Positions 17,569-26,926 of a stretch of 32,000 bases of DNA are shown here, piece by piece. The DNA is from Candidatus Saccharimonadota bacterium. GTDB lineage: Bacteria; Bacteroidota; Bacteroidia; Cytophagales; Amoebophilaceae. Within the stretch, counting starts at the first letter, position 1; every line of letters starts with the position of its first letter. A model generated the notes under the pieces. The model was given only the letters and a program-made list of their open reading frames with translations, did not search any database and had not been told where the DNA came from. Made by a program: the position numbers and the translations under genes. The stretch is taken from NCBI RefSeq assembly GCF_965196625.1, contig NZ_OZ239769.1:90001-122000 (forward strand), read 5' to 3'.

Positions 17569-18416
17569 TCATTTTACGACCCCACCAAAGTTTCGCTGCT
17601 GCTTTTGGAAGAAATCCAAGCCTTCTATTAGATTCTCTTTTCTGAAATCTGGCCAGTATATACCTGTAAAATACAGCTCTGAATAAGCACATTGCCAAGG
17701 TAAAAAGTTACTTATACGTTGCTTCCCACCTGTACGTATCAGCAGATCAATATTGGGCAATTGCCCTGTATTTAAATATTGCTTATATGTAGCTAGTGTA
17801 ATTTTAGCACGATAATCATCTGCAAATTTTATAAAGTCTTCAAAACGAGAGTTAAGATTAAAGCCCTTATTTAGAAATGCATTAATGGTTTTAGTTAAGC
17901 AATCCTTTGCTACAGCCTCTGAGGCAGCTACTGCTTCTGCTTGTCCTCCATAGTTGATGGCAACCGTTAAGTGTAACGTAGTATTATCCTTTGTAAGCCC
18001 TACTGCCTCTTTTAATTTATTCCAGCAAAAACCAGGTATCCCCTCTGTATCTCCTACAACATGAAATTTAATGTTATGTTCAGTAAAAAGGTTGATATTT
18101 TCAGTAATACCCTCAGCGATCACGCTAAAAATAGTGCGTATTTCTTCCTTAGATCGGCTCCAATTTTCAGTAGAAAAAGCATAGAGGGTTAAATAGGAGA
18201 TTCCTTGCTCTAAACACCCAGTTATTACCTCATGTACAGCGTTTGTTGCATTCTTATGGCCATAGGATCTATCTCCTATTGCTTTTTTCCCCATCTGCCA
18301 TTACCATCCATAATAATGGCAATATGCCTTGGTTTTTTTTGCAAGTTGGGTGACGCATTTGCGCCATACTTATTTGAAGAAGAGGCACATCCAGGTGGTA
18401 GTGTAAATGGTAGCAT
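17569..18416 (-). pseudogene. uppS: Undecaprenyl-diphosphate synthase (isoprenyl transferase) split by a 1-nt frameshift in an A6 run
   Basis: The track ORF 17569-18294 starts at MGKKAIGDRSYGH..YLTLYAFSTENWSRS and lacks the catalytic N-terminus. In another frame upstream (ATG 18416) I read MLPF...QKKPRHIAIIMDGNGRWGKKQ*. The two frames join to give DGNGRWGKKAIGDRSYGH if the A6 run (T6 on plus, 18283-18288) were A7. Confidence 0.8.
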
Positions 18417-18741
18417 GCAAATTATAAAGGCTTTTCTAGATACAATTGCTGAATGTTTTTTTGTCTGCCATTACCAGGAATCAGGTTACGTATCTGGTAT
18501 TAAGGTAACAATTGCAATTTAAGCAAAAATATAATACGGTCAAAAGAGAAAGGGAACGGATATGTTTTCTTGCTTGATAAAAAAGAGTCACAAAATCAAG
18601 TCTTATTCAAAAACTTGGTACAAGCACCCCTTACGGCTATAAAGTGCACTTGCGCATCGTAACTTATTATCTTAAGTAATAAAGAATTTTTATCTTTTTA
18701 AGAGGACACTTCCGATATAAAAACACAAAAAATTCAAGCAA

Positions 18742-19995
18742 TCAATTACTGATACTCTTTCTAAACACCTTTAAACCGGTTAAATAAATCGTACCAATCA
18801 TAATTAATATAATTACAAAATAATACACCATAGGCAGCCAAACTATGTTAGCTTTATATAATAAAGCAGCAAAAAAGGCAGTAGAACCAGAAATTATTAT
18901 TGAGCCTACTGCATGTGCTAAATTAAATAGCCTATATCTTACTGCTGACGGAATAAACTGAGTAAAACTGAGTAGCCCTGATACATATAAACATGAAAAA
19001 ACAGCACAGATCAAGAAATATAAATTAATACTGATATAGCCCGTATTAATCATATATGACATCATCATAGTAGCTAATAGCAAACACAAAGCTGATATAG
19101 TAGCAATGCGTTTTTTACCAAAAAGATCAATTAAGTAGCCTCCTATTATACAAAATAATACTTCAACTACTGATCCAATTACATTATAGAATCTCATAAC
19201 ATGCACATCTACATATAACAACAAGCTAGAAGCATAGGTTGGAAAAAATACTGTAATAAATTGCCTGCTGCTACCAATAGATCCAGCTAATAATACTGCT
19301 ACAATAAAAAGCCTAAAATTTTCGCCAATAATTTTTAGAATAGAAATATTTTTATATTTGTGATAGTTGTTATTTTTTACCACATCATCATCTAGTAAAG
19401 CAGATCCTTTATTTATCATTAATACTATCAATGATAAAAAAGCACCTAAAGCAAATGCAATACGCCAGCTATACCGAGGGAACATATTTAAAGAAAATAT
19501 CCACACCGTACATGCAGCTATAACAGCCCCACATAATGTAGATGCAGCTACTAACCCTGCTCCTAAGCCTTGATATTTCTTATTAAGTTTTTCATAAACA
19601 TAAATTCTGACTCCGTCACTGCCAGAAGATGTTGCAGCACATATTATCATTCTTGTCACCAGCATAGCAAACGAAGCAAGCATACCAATTTTTTCATATG
19701 AAGGTAAAATAGCCATCAGCAATGAAGCTACACTTGTTGCAAGTAGCCCTAGGGTAAAAGCAGAGGCACGACCATAAATATCCCCTATTCTTCCTAAAAT
19801 TAGTGCGCCAATAGGTTTAGCACAATATGCTATAGCCATCATGAAATACACCTTCATTAATTGAACATTAGGATCACCTTTAGGTAAAAAATATTCTGAT
19901 ATTTGAGCAACTAATAGTCCAAACAGATAGTAATCATAATAGTGGGTTACAGTAACTAATATTGATAAAATCAATGACTTTGATTTATTAGCCAT
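18742..19995 (-). CDS. MFS transporter (metabolite:H+ symporter-like)
   Basis: 417 aa with about 12 hydrophobic segments. The MFS motif A-like GRIGDIYGR follows TM2. The region is visibly more AT-rich than its neighbours. Confidence 0.8.
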   Translation of the reverse strand: MANKSKSLILSILVTVTHYYDYYLFGLLVAQISEYFLPKGDPNVQLMKVYFMMAIAYCAKPIGALILGRIGDIYGRASAFTLGLLATSVASLLMAILPSYEKIGMLASFAMLVTRMIICAATSSGSDGVRIYVYEKLNKKYQGLGAGLVAASTLCGAVIAACTVWIFSLNMFPRYSWRIAFALGAFLSLIVLMINKGSALLDDDVVKNNNYHKYKNISILKIIGENFRLFIVAVLLAGSIGSSRQFITVFFPTYASSLLLYVDVHVMRFYNVIGSVVEVLFCIIGGYLIDLFGKKRIATISALCLLLATMMMSYMINTGYISINLYFLICAVFSCLYVSGLLSFTQFIPSAVRYRLFNLAHAVGSIIISGSTAFFAALLYKANIVWLPMVYYFVIILIMIGTIYLTGLKVFRKSISN

Positions 19996-20276
19996 AAGAA
20001 ATCAAGATTTAATATTATAAGGTATAGAAACTTAGTTTCTCCTGCAAGTTAATTTTAGTGCAGTATATCAGGTGAATTTGCAATTTACAAAATTTGATTG
20101 TTCTTAACAACAACGAATGAATGATAAGTTATTGCTGTACCGAACAGATTAATAAAAAAGCAAAAAGCTTGCTTCCAGCTCGGAATTAGCATAAATTGCA
20201 TCCTCAAACCAGAAAAAAGGAGCTTCTTCTCGTTGAAATAGAGGCTACATTCAGACTAAATTAAAACCATTAAATA

Positions 20277-20846
20277 ATGCTAGAATCTAAACATGTCGTA
20301 TTGGTCGATCATCGAGATAACGTATTGGGTATACAAAATAAACTAGAGGCGCACCATGCCAATACGCCTTTACATAGAGGATTTTGTGTATTCCTATTTG
20401 ACTACAACAAAAGACTTTTAATACAAAAAAGAAGCAGCATGAAAAAAACTTGGCCATTATATTGGTCTAATAGTTTCTGCGGACATCCTCAAGTTACTGA
20501 AACCTACGAACAAGGCGTACATAGACATAGTCAATTTGAACTAGGTATTAACCTACAGGAACTCTATCATGTAGCTAATTATCAATATCAATGCACTATG
20601 AAAGAAAGCAATATAATGGAAAATGAAATATGTCCTATTTATGTAGCACTATCAAATGAGCACATCACTATAAACAAAGCAGAAATCGAAGAAGTATTAC
20701 TTCTAGAATGGTCCGAATCTATTAACTTTCTAAATCAACATTTAACAAGCTTTACACCATGGTGCATAGAAGCATTCGATTTAGTAAAAAACGGTAACTT
20801 TTTAGATAAAGTCATAGGAGTAAGCAATGCAGTAGTCAAGGTTTAA
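20277..20846 (+). CDS. idi: Isopentenyl-diphosphate delta-isomerase, type 1 (Nudix fold)
   Basis: 189 aa. LHRGFCVFLFDYNKRLLIQKRSSMKKTWPLYWSNSFCGHP matches the IDI-1 pattern (LHRAFS.flF......LlQ.Ra..K.twP..WtNs.CgHP). A downstream ENE acidic motif is also present. Confidence 0.85.
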   Translation: MLESKHVVLVDHRDNVLGIQNKLEAHHANTPLHRGFCVFLFDYNKRLLIQKRSSMKKTWPLYWSNSFCGHPQVTETYEQGVHRHSQFELGINLQELYHVANYQYQCTMKESNIMENEICPIYVALSNEHITINKAEIEEVLLLEWSESINFLNQHLTSFTPWCIEAFDLVKNGNFLDKVIGVSNAVVKV

Positions 20847-20930
20847 TCTTACAGGCAGTAAAATTTAGACTTTAAGCTTGTCAGTTAAGTCTAGTGTGTC
20901 TGACAGGTATGCCTTTAAGATACAAGATTT

Positions 20931-21112
20931 GAGGCCGTTGCAATAGAAAATCTAGAGCCTGAAAACAACCATATGTCCCATCTATCTATTACTTTTTTAT
21001 CCTAAAAAGGATACGATTAACACTAATTTACGGTTGTAGAATTACAAAAAAGTATAAAAAGAGCATGTTTGTATCAAAATAAGCTTATTCAGTTTTCTAT
21101 TGCAATAGCCTC
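20931..21112. repeat. 182-bp element bounded by about 23-bp imperfect terminal inverted repeats (MITE-like), immediately upstream of truA
   Basis: The left end is gaggccgttgcaatagaaaatct (20931-20953). The reverse complement of 21090-21112 is gaggctattgcaatagaaaactg. They share a 13-nt perfect core, ttgcaatagaaaa. Confidence 0.5.
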
Positions 21113-21117
21113 ATCTC

Positions 21118-21879
21118 ATGCGTTATTTCATATATATCTCCTATTTTGGTACAGCCTATAGTGGTTGGCAAATTCAAAAAAATGCAATTACGGTACAGCA
21201 AGTAGTAGAAGCGGCACTTAGCAAGCTATTATCCACACCGGTTTCGGTTTCAGGCAGCAGTCGAACTGATAAAGAGGTGCATGCTGCGCAACAAGTAGCC
21301 CATTTTAACCTCATAGCGCCAATAGATCCTGCCTATTTGATCTATAAAGTGAACCGGATTTTGCCATCTGATATCAGCATTACCGCCATGCGCCCAGTAG
21401 TAGATGGAGCGCATGCGCGCTTTGATGCATGTTATCGTAGATATGCCTATACCATCGTTACACAAAAAGATCCCTTTTATAGAGACAGAGCCATTTGGCT
21501 GCGCCGTATACCCCCACTGGCCTTATTGAACCAAATAGCCGATTTGTTTGCTGTGCAAGCGGATTTTGAATTTTTTAGCAAAATAACGGATTCAACCAAG
21601 CGTTTTATTTGTAATATAGAGGAAGCTTTTTGGATGCAAATAGATCAAAAGATTGTATTTCAGATAAAAGCCGATCGTTTTTTACGGGGTATGGTCCGGA
21701 CGATTGTAGGTACGATCCTTAAAACAGCCACTGGCAAAATGGATGTAACTGCTCTAGAGCAGCTGATTAAGCACAAACCTGCCGTTCGTCCCATGCTCAC
21801 CTTAGTGCCACCACATGGTTTAACCTTGGTAGAAGTAGGTTATCCAGAAACCTTATTTATAAAAGAAAATGAATCATAA
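21118..21879 (+). CDS. truA: tRNA pseudouridine(38-40) synthase
   Basis: 253 aa. N-terminal YFIYISYFGTAYSGWQIQ and the catalytic-Asp motif GSSRTDKEVHA. Confidence 0.9.
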   Translation: MRYFIYISYFGTAYSGWQIQKNAITVQQVVEAALSKLLSTPVSVSGSSRTDKEVHAAQQVAHFNLIAPIDPAYLIYKVNRILPSDISITAMRPVVDGAHARFDACYRRYAYTIVTQKDPFYRDRAIWLRRIPPLALLNQIADLFAVQADFEFFSKITDSTKRFICNIEEAFWMQIDQKIVFQIKADRFLRGMVRTIVGTILKTATGKMDVTALEQLIKHKPAVRPMLTLVPPHGLTLVEVGYPETLFIKENES

Positions 21880-23230
21880 CCAAGATCCTATCATTGCACT
21901 AGCCACCCCACAAGGGGTAAGTGCCATTGCAGTAGTGCGTCTATCTGGACAAGGTGTCATTGGCATAGTTAACCAACTGTTTTGGGGCAGTGACTTGAGC
22001 CAGCAGGCCTCCCATACCATTCATTTTGGTATGATCAAAAAGGGTGATGTGACAATTGATGAAGTCTTAGTGGCTATTTTTATTGCGCCCCATTCCTTTA
22101 CGAAAGAAGATGCAGTAGAAATTTCTTGCCATGGTGCCCCTTTTATTATTGCACAGCTGATAGAACTGTTTGTCGCACAAGGTGTGCGGATAGCTGAGCC
22201 AGGTGAATTTACAAAAAGGGCTTTTTTAAATGGCCGGTTTGACCTAGCCCAGGCAGAAGCGGTAGCCGATTTGATTGCAGCTGATAGTATGCTGGCCCAT
22301 CAAACCGCCCTTCGTCAAATGCGTGGTGGATTTTCCTTAACCCTACAAGCACTACGTAAAAGATTGCGCCATTTTGCAGCTATGTTGGCATTAGAACTAG
22401 ATTTTGGAGAGGAAGACATTGCCTTTTTAGACAGAAAGGATTTACACAGATTAGCTGACGAGCTTATTACAACCTTAACGGAGCTGATAGATAGCTTTCA
22501 ACTAGGCAATGTGATTAAGCAAGGTGTTTCTGTAGCGATTGTAGGCAAACCCAATGTAGGCAAATCCACCTTATTGAATGCCTTATTACAGGAAGAGCGG
22601 GCCATTGTTTCGCCTATAGCTGGTACTACACGGGATACCATTGAGGGAACCCTACACTTAAATGGCATACGGTTTCGGTTTGTAGATACTGCTGGGCTAC
22701 GCGCAACCGCCTCAGATACGATAGAAGCAATAGGCATTGAACGGACCAAAACGCAATGCAGCAAAGCCTTTGTAGTACTTTATTTGATTGATCTATCTGA
22801 TATGACCCTTACACAAGCAGAAGACGACTTGGTTACATGGGAGTTAGAAGGCTTGCCTCTACTTAAAATTGGCAATAAAATGGATCTAGCACCAGCTAGT
22901 GCGCTAGAAAGCTTTAAAGACTATCTTTTGATTGCAGCACAAACAGGAAATGGCATCGCAACGCTTAAAGATAAGCTTGTGCAACTGGTAGCACAACAAC
23001 CTAGCGATGGGCTAGCCACTATTGTGATCAATGCACGCCATTGCGACCGGCTACAAAAAAGCAAGCAGGCATTAGCCGATGTGATTACAGGGCTGGCGCA
23101 AAAACGATCCAATGAATTACTCGTTGTAGATATAAACCGTGCCCTATATGCACTGGGTGAAATTACAGGAGAGATTACCACAGAAGAAATTCTAGGAGAA
23201 ATTTTTTCGAAATTCTGCATTGGAAAATAA
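21869..23230 (+). CDS. mnmE: tRNA modification GTPase MnmE (TrmE)
   Basis: 453 aa. N-terminal DPIIALATPQGVSAIAVVRLSG, G-domain GKPNVGKSTLLNAL / DTAG / NKMD, and the C-terminal FCIGK motif. It overlaps the truA stop by 11 nt. Confidence 0.95.
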   Translation: MNHNQDPIIALATPQGVSAIAVVRLSGQGVIGIVNQLFWGSDLSQQASHTIHFGMIKKGDVTIDEVLVAIFIAPHSFTKEDAVEISCHGAPFIIAQLIELFVAQGVRIAEPGEFTKRAFLNGRFDLAQAEAVADLIAADSMLAHQTALRQMRGGFSLTLQALRKRLRHFAAMLALELDFGEEDIAFLDRKDLHRLADELITTLTELIDSFQLGNVIKQGVSVAIVGKPNVGKSTLLNALLQEERAIVSPIAGTTRDTIEGTLHLNGIRFRFVDTAGLRATASDTIEAIGIERTKTQCSKAFVVLYLIDLSDMTLTQAEDDLVTWELEGLPLLKIGNKMDLAPASALESFKDYLLIAAQTGNGIATLKDKLVQLVAQQPSDGLATIVINARHCDRLQKSKQALADVITGLAQKRSNELLVVDINRALYALGEITGEITTEEILGEIFSKFCIGK

Positions 23231-23629
23231 AACAGGGCGCATTAAATTCTATAAAAGCCATTTATCTTACACTCTATATCGCGCTTATGCATCCCTATAT
23301 AATAAAGAACAGGATCTGGATACCAAAAAAGAAGATAAAAAACTAAAAAGAGCGGAACAACAAGGCAATTTTACCGAAAGTATGCAAATACCGGTTGGAA
23401 ACGCAAGTGTTAAGCAAATGATAAATGCTAGATTTTATGCAGATAAAACCGCTTATATTGCTAAACTTTTTAAGGGTTAGGGGACTTATTACTTCTTTAT
23501 AAGGCCGCGTAGATTTGGCAAATCTCTATTACTAGATACGATAGATCAAATCGCACAAGACAAAAAGTCTTTGTTTAAGGAGTGCGCTATTTACAAAGAT
23601 AAAAGTTATAAATGGGACAATATTTTGCT

Positions 23630-24060
23630 CTTTTTTACCCGAAATTAGTAGGAAAGCTAGCATCAAGGTTCAGAGAGTCATAAAATCATGGAGAATACAT
23701 CACATCACGTGGACCACGTTGGAGTCGATATCAAAGAAAATAAATCCCAAAGTCAGAGGCTGGTATCAGTACTACGGCAGGTTTTATAAATCGGCGATGT
23801 ACAGACCTCTCGTTAATATAGAGAGATATCTCGTAAGGTGGCTCCAGGCCAAGTATAAGAAACTACGAGGTCACGAAAATCTAGCAAAGCAATTTCTAAG
23901 AAAAGTGAGAGCTGATTCTCCATCTATATTCTATCATTGGACGCTTGGGTTGAGATTATGAGAGAGATCAAAGGCTAAATAATGGGAGCTGCATAAATCG
24001 AGAGATTTCCGTGCAGTTCTGCGAGGGGCTGGTGGGGAAGTTCCACCGGTCTACTCTCCT
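23630..24060 (+). mobile_element. 5'-truncated group II intron remnant (3' part of the IEP ORF plus ribozyme domains V and VI)
   Basis: The maturase/X-domain reading frame is ..PEISRKASIKVQRVIKSWRI..SISKKINPKVRGWYQYYGRFYKS..LVRWLQAKYKKL.., with its stop at 23959-23961. A canonical domain V and a domain VI-like hairpin follow. The 5' boundary is approximate (+/-15 nt) and the 3' boundary is about 24056-24062. Confidence 0.8.
23986..24019 (+). ncRNA. Group II intron domain V (34 nt)
   Basis: GAGCTGCAT-AAATC-GAGA-GATTT-CC-GTGCAGTTC. It has the AGC triad and a 9-bp lower helix that includes the G-U pair at position 3. It also has a 2-nt bulge, a 5-bp upper helix and a GNRA tetraloop. The architecture matches the classical GAGCCGUAUGCGAUGAAAGUCGCACGUACGGUUC. 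A domain VI-like helix follows (24021-24059), ggctggtgg/ccaccggtc, with a candidate bulged branch A at 24053. Confidence 0.85.
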
Positions 24061-25713
24061 GGTTGAATTTCTCAGAACTGGCCAAAGATAACCCAACGGA
24101 ATTAAAAAAGGGCCTGAACAGAAAATTGTATAAGATCGCCAAGGCGCATAAAGTTCATGATAAGATCAATATCGAAATAGATGAGGCTTGTGAAGATTAC
24201 TTATCAGAAGTATTTGATTTGTGCACCGAGCTGGACCACTACGAACCTACCCCTATTGTCTTAATCGATGAATACGACAGTCCACTCATTTCTTGCACAA
24301 AAGGGCAGTATGAGGAAGTGCTTTCTCTGTTTAGTTCATTCTTCAAAGTTTTAAAGAGTCGTCAAAAGGACTGTAAATTTATTTTTGTAACGGGTGTAAC
24401 CAAGTTTCATTTATCTGGCCTTACCTCAGGGGCTAACTCGGCCAATGACCTATCCTTGCATGAGGATTATGCAGAGATGCTAGGGTATACAGAAGAGGAT
24501 ATGAATAACCTGTTTTTTAATGGTAAGCAGCTATATGTTAATGAAATTATAACCAATTTACAAGAAAACTGGGATAAATCAGAAAACTATATAGCCGCAC
24601 AACTCAAACAAGCGTTAAAAGAATATTACAATGGATACTGTTTTAGCCGCAATAAGCGTACAAGACGGATGTATAACCCCGATTCTATATTAAAATTCTT
24701 TAGAGATAAATCATTTGGTAATTACTGGTCCAACTCTGGTAACCCTGCCATCTTACTACAACAAATCAAAAATAATATCGATAGATTTATGATCCTTTGG
24801 GATAGCTCTAGCTTTGCCATCCATCAGCTAGACTTTGAAACCTTGGCCAGTTCGCTCAACGAAATAGCCTTACTCCCTTTAATGTACCAAACCGGTTATC
24901 TTACCCTAGATCCTAATGGATTTAAAGAGGACACACAAAAAGATAAAAATGCAACGGACTATTATTTAAAGTTTCCTAACCAGGAAGTAAAATCCTCTTT
25001 AAAGCTGACCTTATCTAGGTATATAGCCGAAAAACAAGAAGAAACAGGAAGAGCATATAGCAATTCTATTTTAGATGCATTAAGAAATGAAAAATGGTGT
25101 GGCTTTTTAAATCTTATTAAAGGGGGTGTTTAGCGAAAGCAGGATACCATTTTCTAGATAAAACAGAGAGGTGTTTTCAGGGCGCTTTATATTCCTTTCT
25201 CAACGGGGTTTTTCATACTACGCAGGGTATGCAAGTGAATGCGGAATTAGCCAGTGGACTAGGCCGTTTGGATATTGCGCTAGAGGATAAACAGCACCAA
25301 ACTGCTTACATTTTTGAGTTAAAAGCAGGAAAATCGGTCTCAGAAGCTTTGCAGAAAATCTACGACAAAGATTATAGCACGCCATTCCATACATGCAACA
25401 AAAAAGTATTCGTAGGCTTAAAATATGATGCTGCAAAACGCAACATTACAGAGTCAACTATTGAAGTACATCAACGCAATGCGCAACATGCTTTTAAGGT
25501 GATGCCACGTAAAAGCTTTTCCGTTAATGCGATGGGGTATTTTCAAAAATAGGTTATGCAATAGGTCTCATAGAAAAGCATCTGTCGTTCAAGTCAATAG
25601 TAAAAATATAGCTAATAACATTTTATAAATTTGTGAATTTGACATTCCGAACTAAATTTGAATATAACTGTCAAGGTAGTGTAAATTTATTCCTAAATAA
25701 TTAATAGGCAAAG

Positions 25714-26589
25714 ATGTTTATGGTACAAAACATAACTTCCTCTAAACCATCTATTTTACGTAAATGGACCAGCCTTATAGCTATTCTATTGGGTTGTTAC
25801 ATACTTTATTCCATTATTGACTGTATAATCATTTCAGTCTGTTCAACGACAGAGTGCTTAAATAAATCAGTTATAGTACAATCTTTACGAATCATGATTA
25901 GTATGGTTCTTACATGTTTACTACCCACTTGCCTATACCTAAAAGCTGTTGAATCCATAACATTATGGAAGGCAATTAGCATTACACGTCCTACGCAAGC
26001 CGATCTGTATATAGCTTTTGGGTTAATATGTTGCGTGCTTTTCTCAACGCTTGTATTTTTTTATAGTAAACTATCGCTTTTGCCTGACTCCTTCCAGACA
26101 TTTAAACAATGGGCATGGGAAACGAGTAACGACATTTTAAATTCATACGATGCAAACTTTATTAAGGGTGGTGTTTATTTATTTATACAATTGATTAATC
26201 AGGTAATTATAGCTCCATTTTTTGAAGAATTTTTTTTCAGAGGCCTATTATTTTATATGTTATTCCAACAAGTAGAACATAGATGGGCGCTATTGATCAG
26301 TGCATTATTGTTTAGCTTATACCATTTAAATCTCTACTATCTAATCGGTTATTGTGGCTTAGGCTTAGTTTTCGGCTATCTATATTACGTAAAACAAAAC
26401 ATCGCATTAGCTATATTTGCACATGGATGCTATAATATTTTAGCAAATATAGTTAACTACTGTGCCTATAAAGGATATGCAGATATATTTCATTGGATCG
26501 CTCACCTAACCATTTTAGAAGCAATAGGTATAGAAGGGATATGTATACTTTTGATACATAAATTATGTAAAGTATTGGCTAATAGGTAG
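25714..26589 (+). CDS. CPBP family intramembrane glutamic endopeptidase (CAAX protease/Abi family; putative bacteriocin self-immunity type)
   Basis: 291 aa, multi-pass membrane protein. Motif 1 is FFEEFFFRGLLF, motif 2 is LLFSLYHL, motif 3 is FAHGCYNIL. Confidence 0.85.
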   Translation: MFMVQNITSSKPSILRKWTSLIAILLGCYILYSIIDCIIISVCSTTECLNKSVIVQSLRIMISMVLTCLLPTCLYLKAVESITLWKAISITRPTQADLYIAFGLICCVLFSTLVFFYSKLSLLPDSFQTFKQWAWETSNDILNSYDANFIKGGVYLFIQLINQVIIAPFFEEFFFRGLLFYMLFQQVEHRWALLISALLFSLYHLNLYYLIGYCGLGLVFGYLYYVKQNIALAIFAHGCYNILANIVNYCAYKGYADIFHWIAHLTILEAIGIEGICILLIHKLCKVLANR

Positions 26590-26926
26590 ATATCTGTTGC
26601 ACCTATAAGGCTTTCTATATTAGCATTGTAAGAAGATCAGGTTGTGTATGGCATGACCGTATTGAATAATAAAATTCCTCAAAAAGAGCGTTCCGTATTT
26701 ATTATGCTAATCCTGAACTCAGGTTAGTACTGATTATCAAAATCAAACACAATAGAATAATCCAAAACGCACGTTAATAGCACGATTTGCAGATGCAATA
26801 AAATCCCATAGCCACTTGCTTATATACTTTTTTATACTTAATATAAAAATTCGACCCAATAAATAAATAAAATTATTAAAAAAGTATTTTATGGGGATCG
26901 AATAGGTTTAAATTAATTAGATAATT

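Larger units (their letters stand above)
23382..25552 (+). pseudogene. AAA-ATPase-like (N-terminal) / PD-(D/E)XK nuclease PDDEXK_9 (C-terminal) family gene, disrupted three times
   Basis: From the ATG at 23382 I read MQIPVGNASVKQMINARFYADKTAYIAKLFKG, then an in-frame TAG (23478-23480), then GTYYFFIRPRRFGKSLLLD (the RPRRFGKS P-loop-like motif). The frame is then broken by the group II intron remnant (about 23630-24060). It resumes as (W)LNFSEL... at 24063-25133. A frameshift at the G5 run 25122-25126 follows, leading to ..ERCFQGALYSFL..AELASGLGRLDIAL..YIFELK (PD-(D/E)XK core), which ends at 25552. Confidence 0.8.

Noticed and set aside
18232-18522. 96-aa plus-strand ORF upstream of uppS
   Set aside because: It is antisense to the frameshifted 5' part of uppS. 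The minus strand here encodes the diagnostic IIMDGNGRW motif.
8358-21050. Exact 15-mer tagaattacaaaaaa shared between 8358-8372 and 21036-21050
   Set aside because: It might be a shared regulatory or repeat fragment. But there are only two copies, no extended flanking similarity, and the composition is A/T-dominated, so the evidence is insufficient.
23220-23381. N-terminal extension of ORF 23220-23480 (MENKTGRIKFYKSH...), which overlaps the mnmE stop
   Set aside because: The family N-terminus (M-IP.G...f......YvDKT) aligns with the internal Met at 23382 (MQIPVGNASVKQMINARFYADKT). The upstream 54 codons are probably untranslated, and the ORF-track start is not an ATG.
25626-25660. Two exact matches (25626-25633, 25653-25660: TAAATTTG) to the Bacteroidota -7 promoter consensus TAnnTTTG upstream of the intact CPBP gene
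   Set aside because: They are plausible promoter elements, but this motif occurs by chance frequently in such AT-rich DNA. Without a transcription start site I do not call a promoter.
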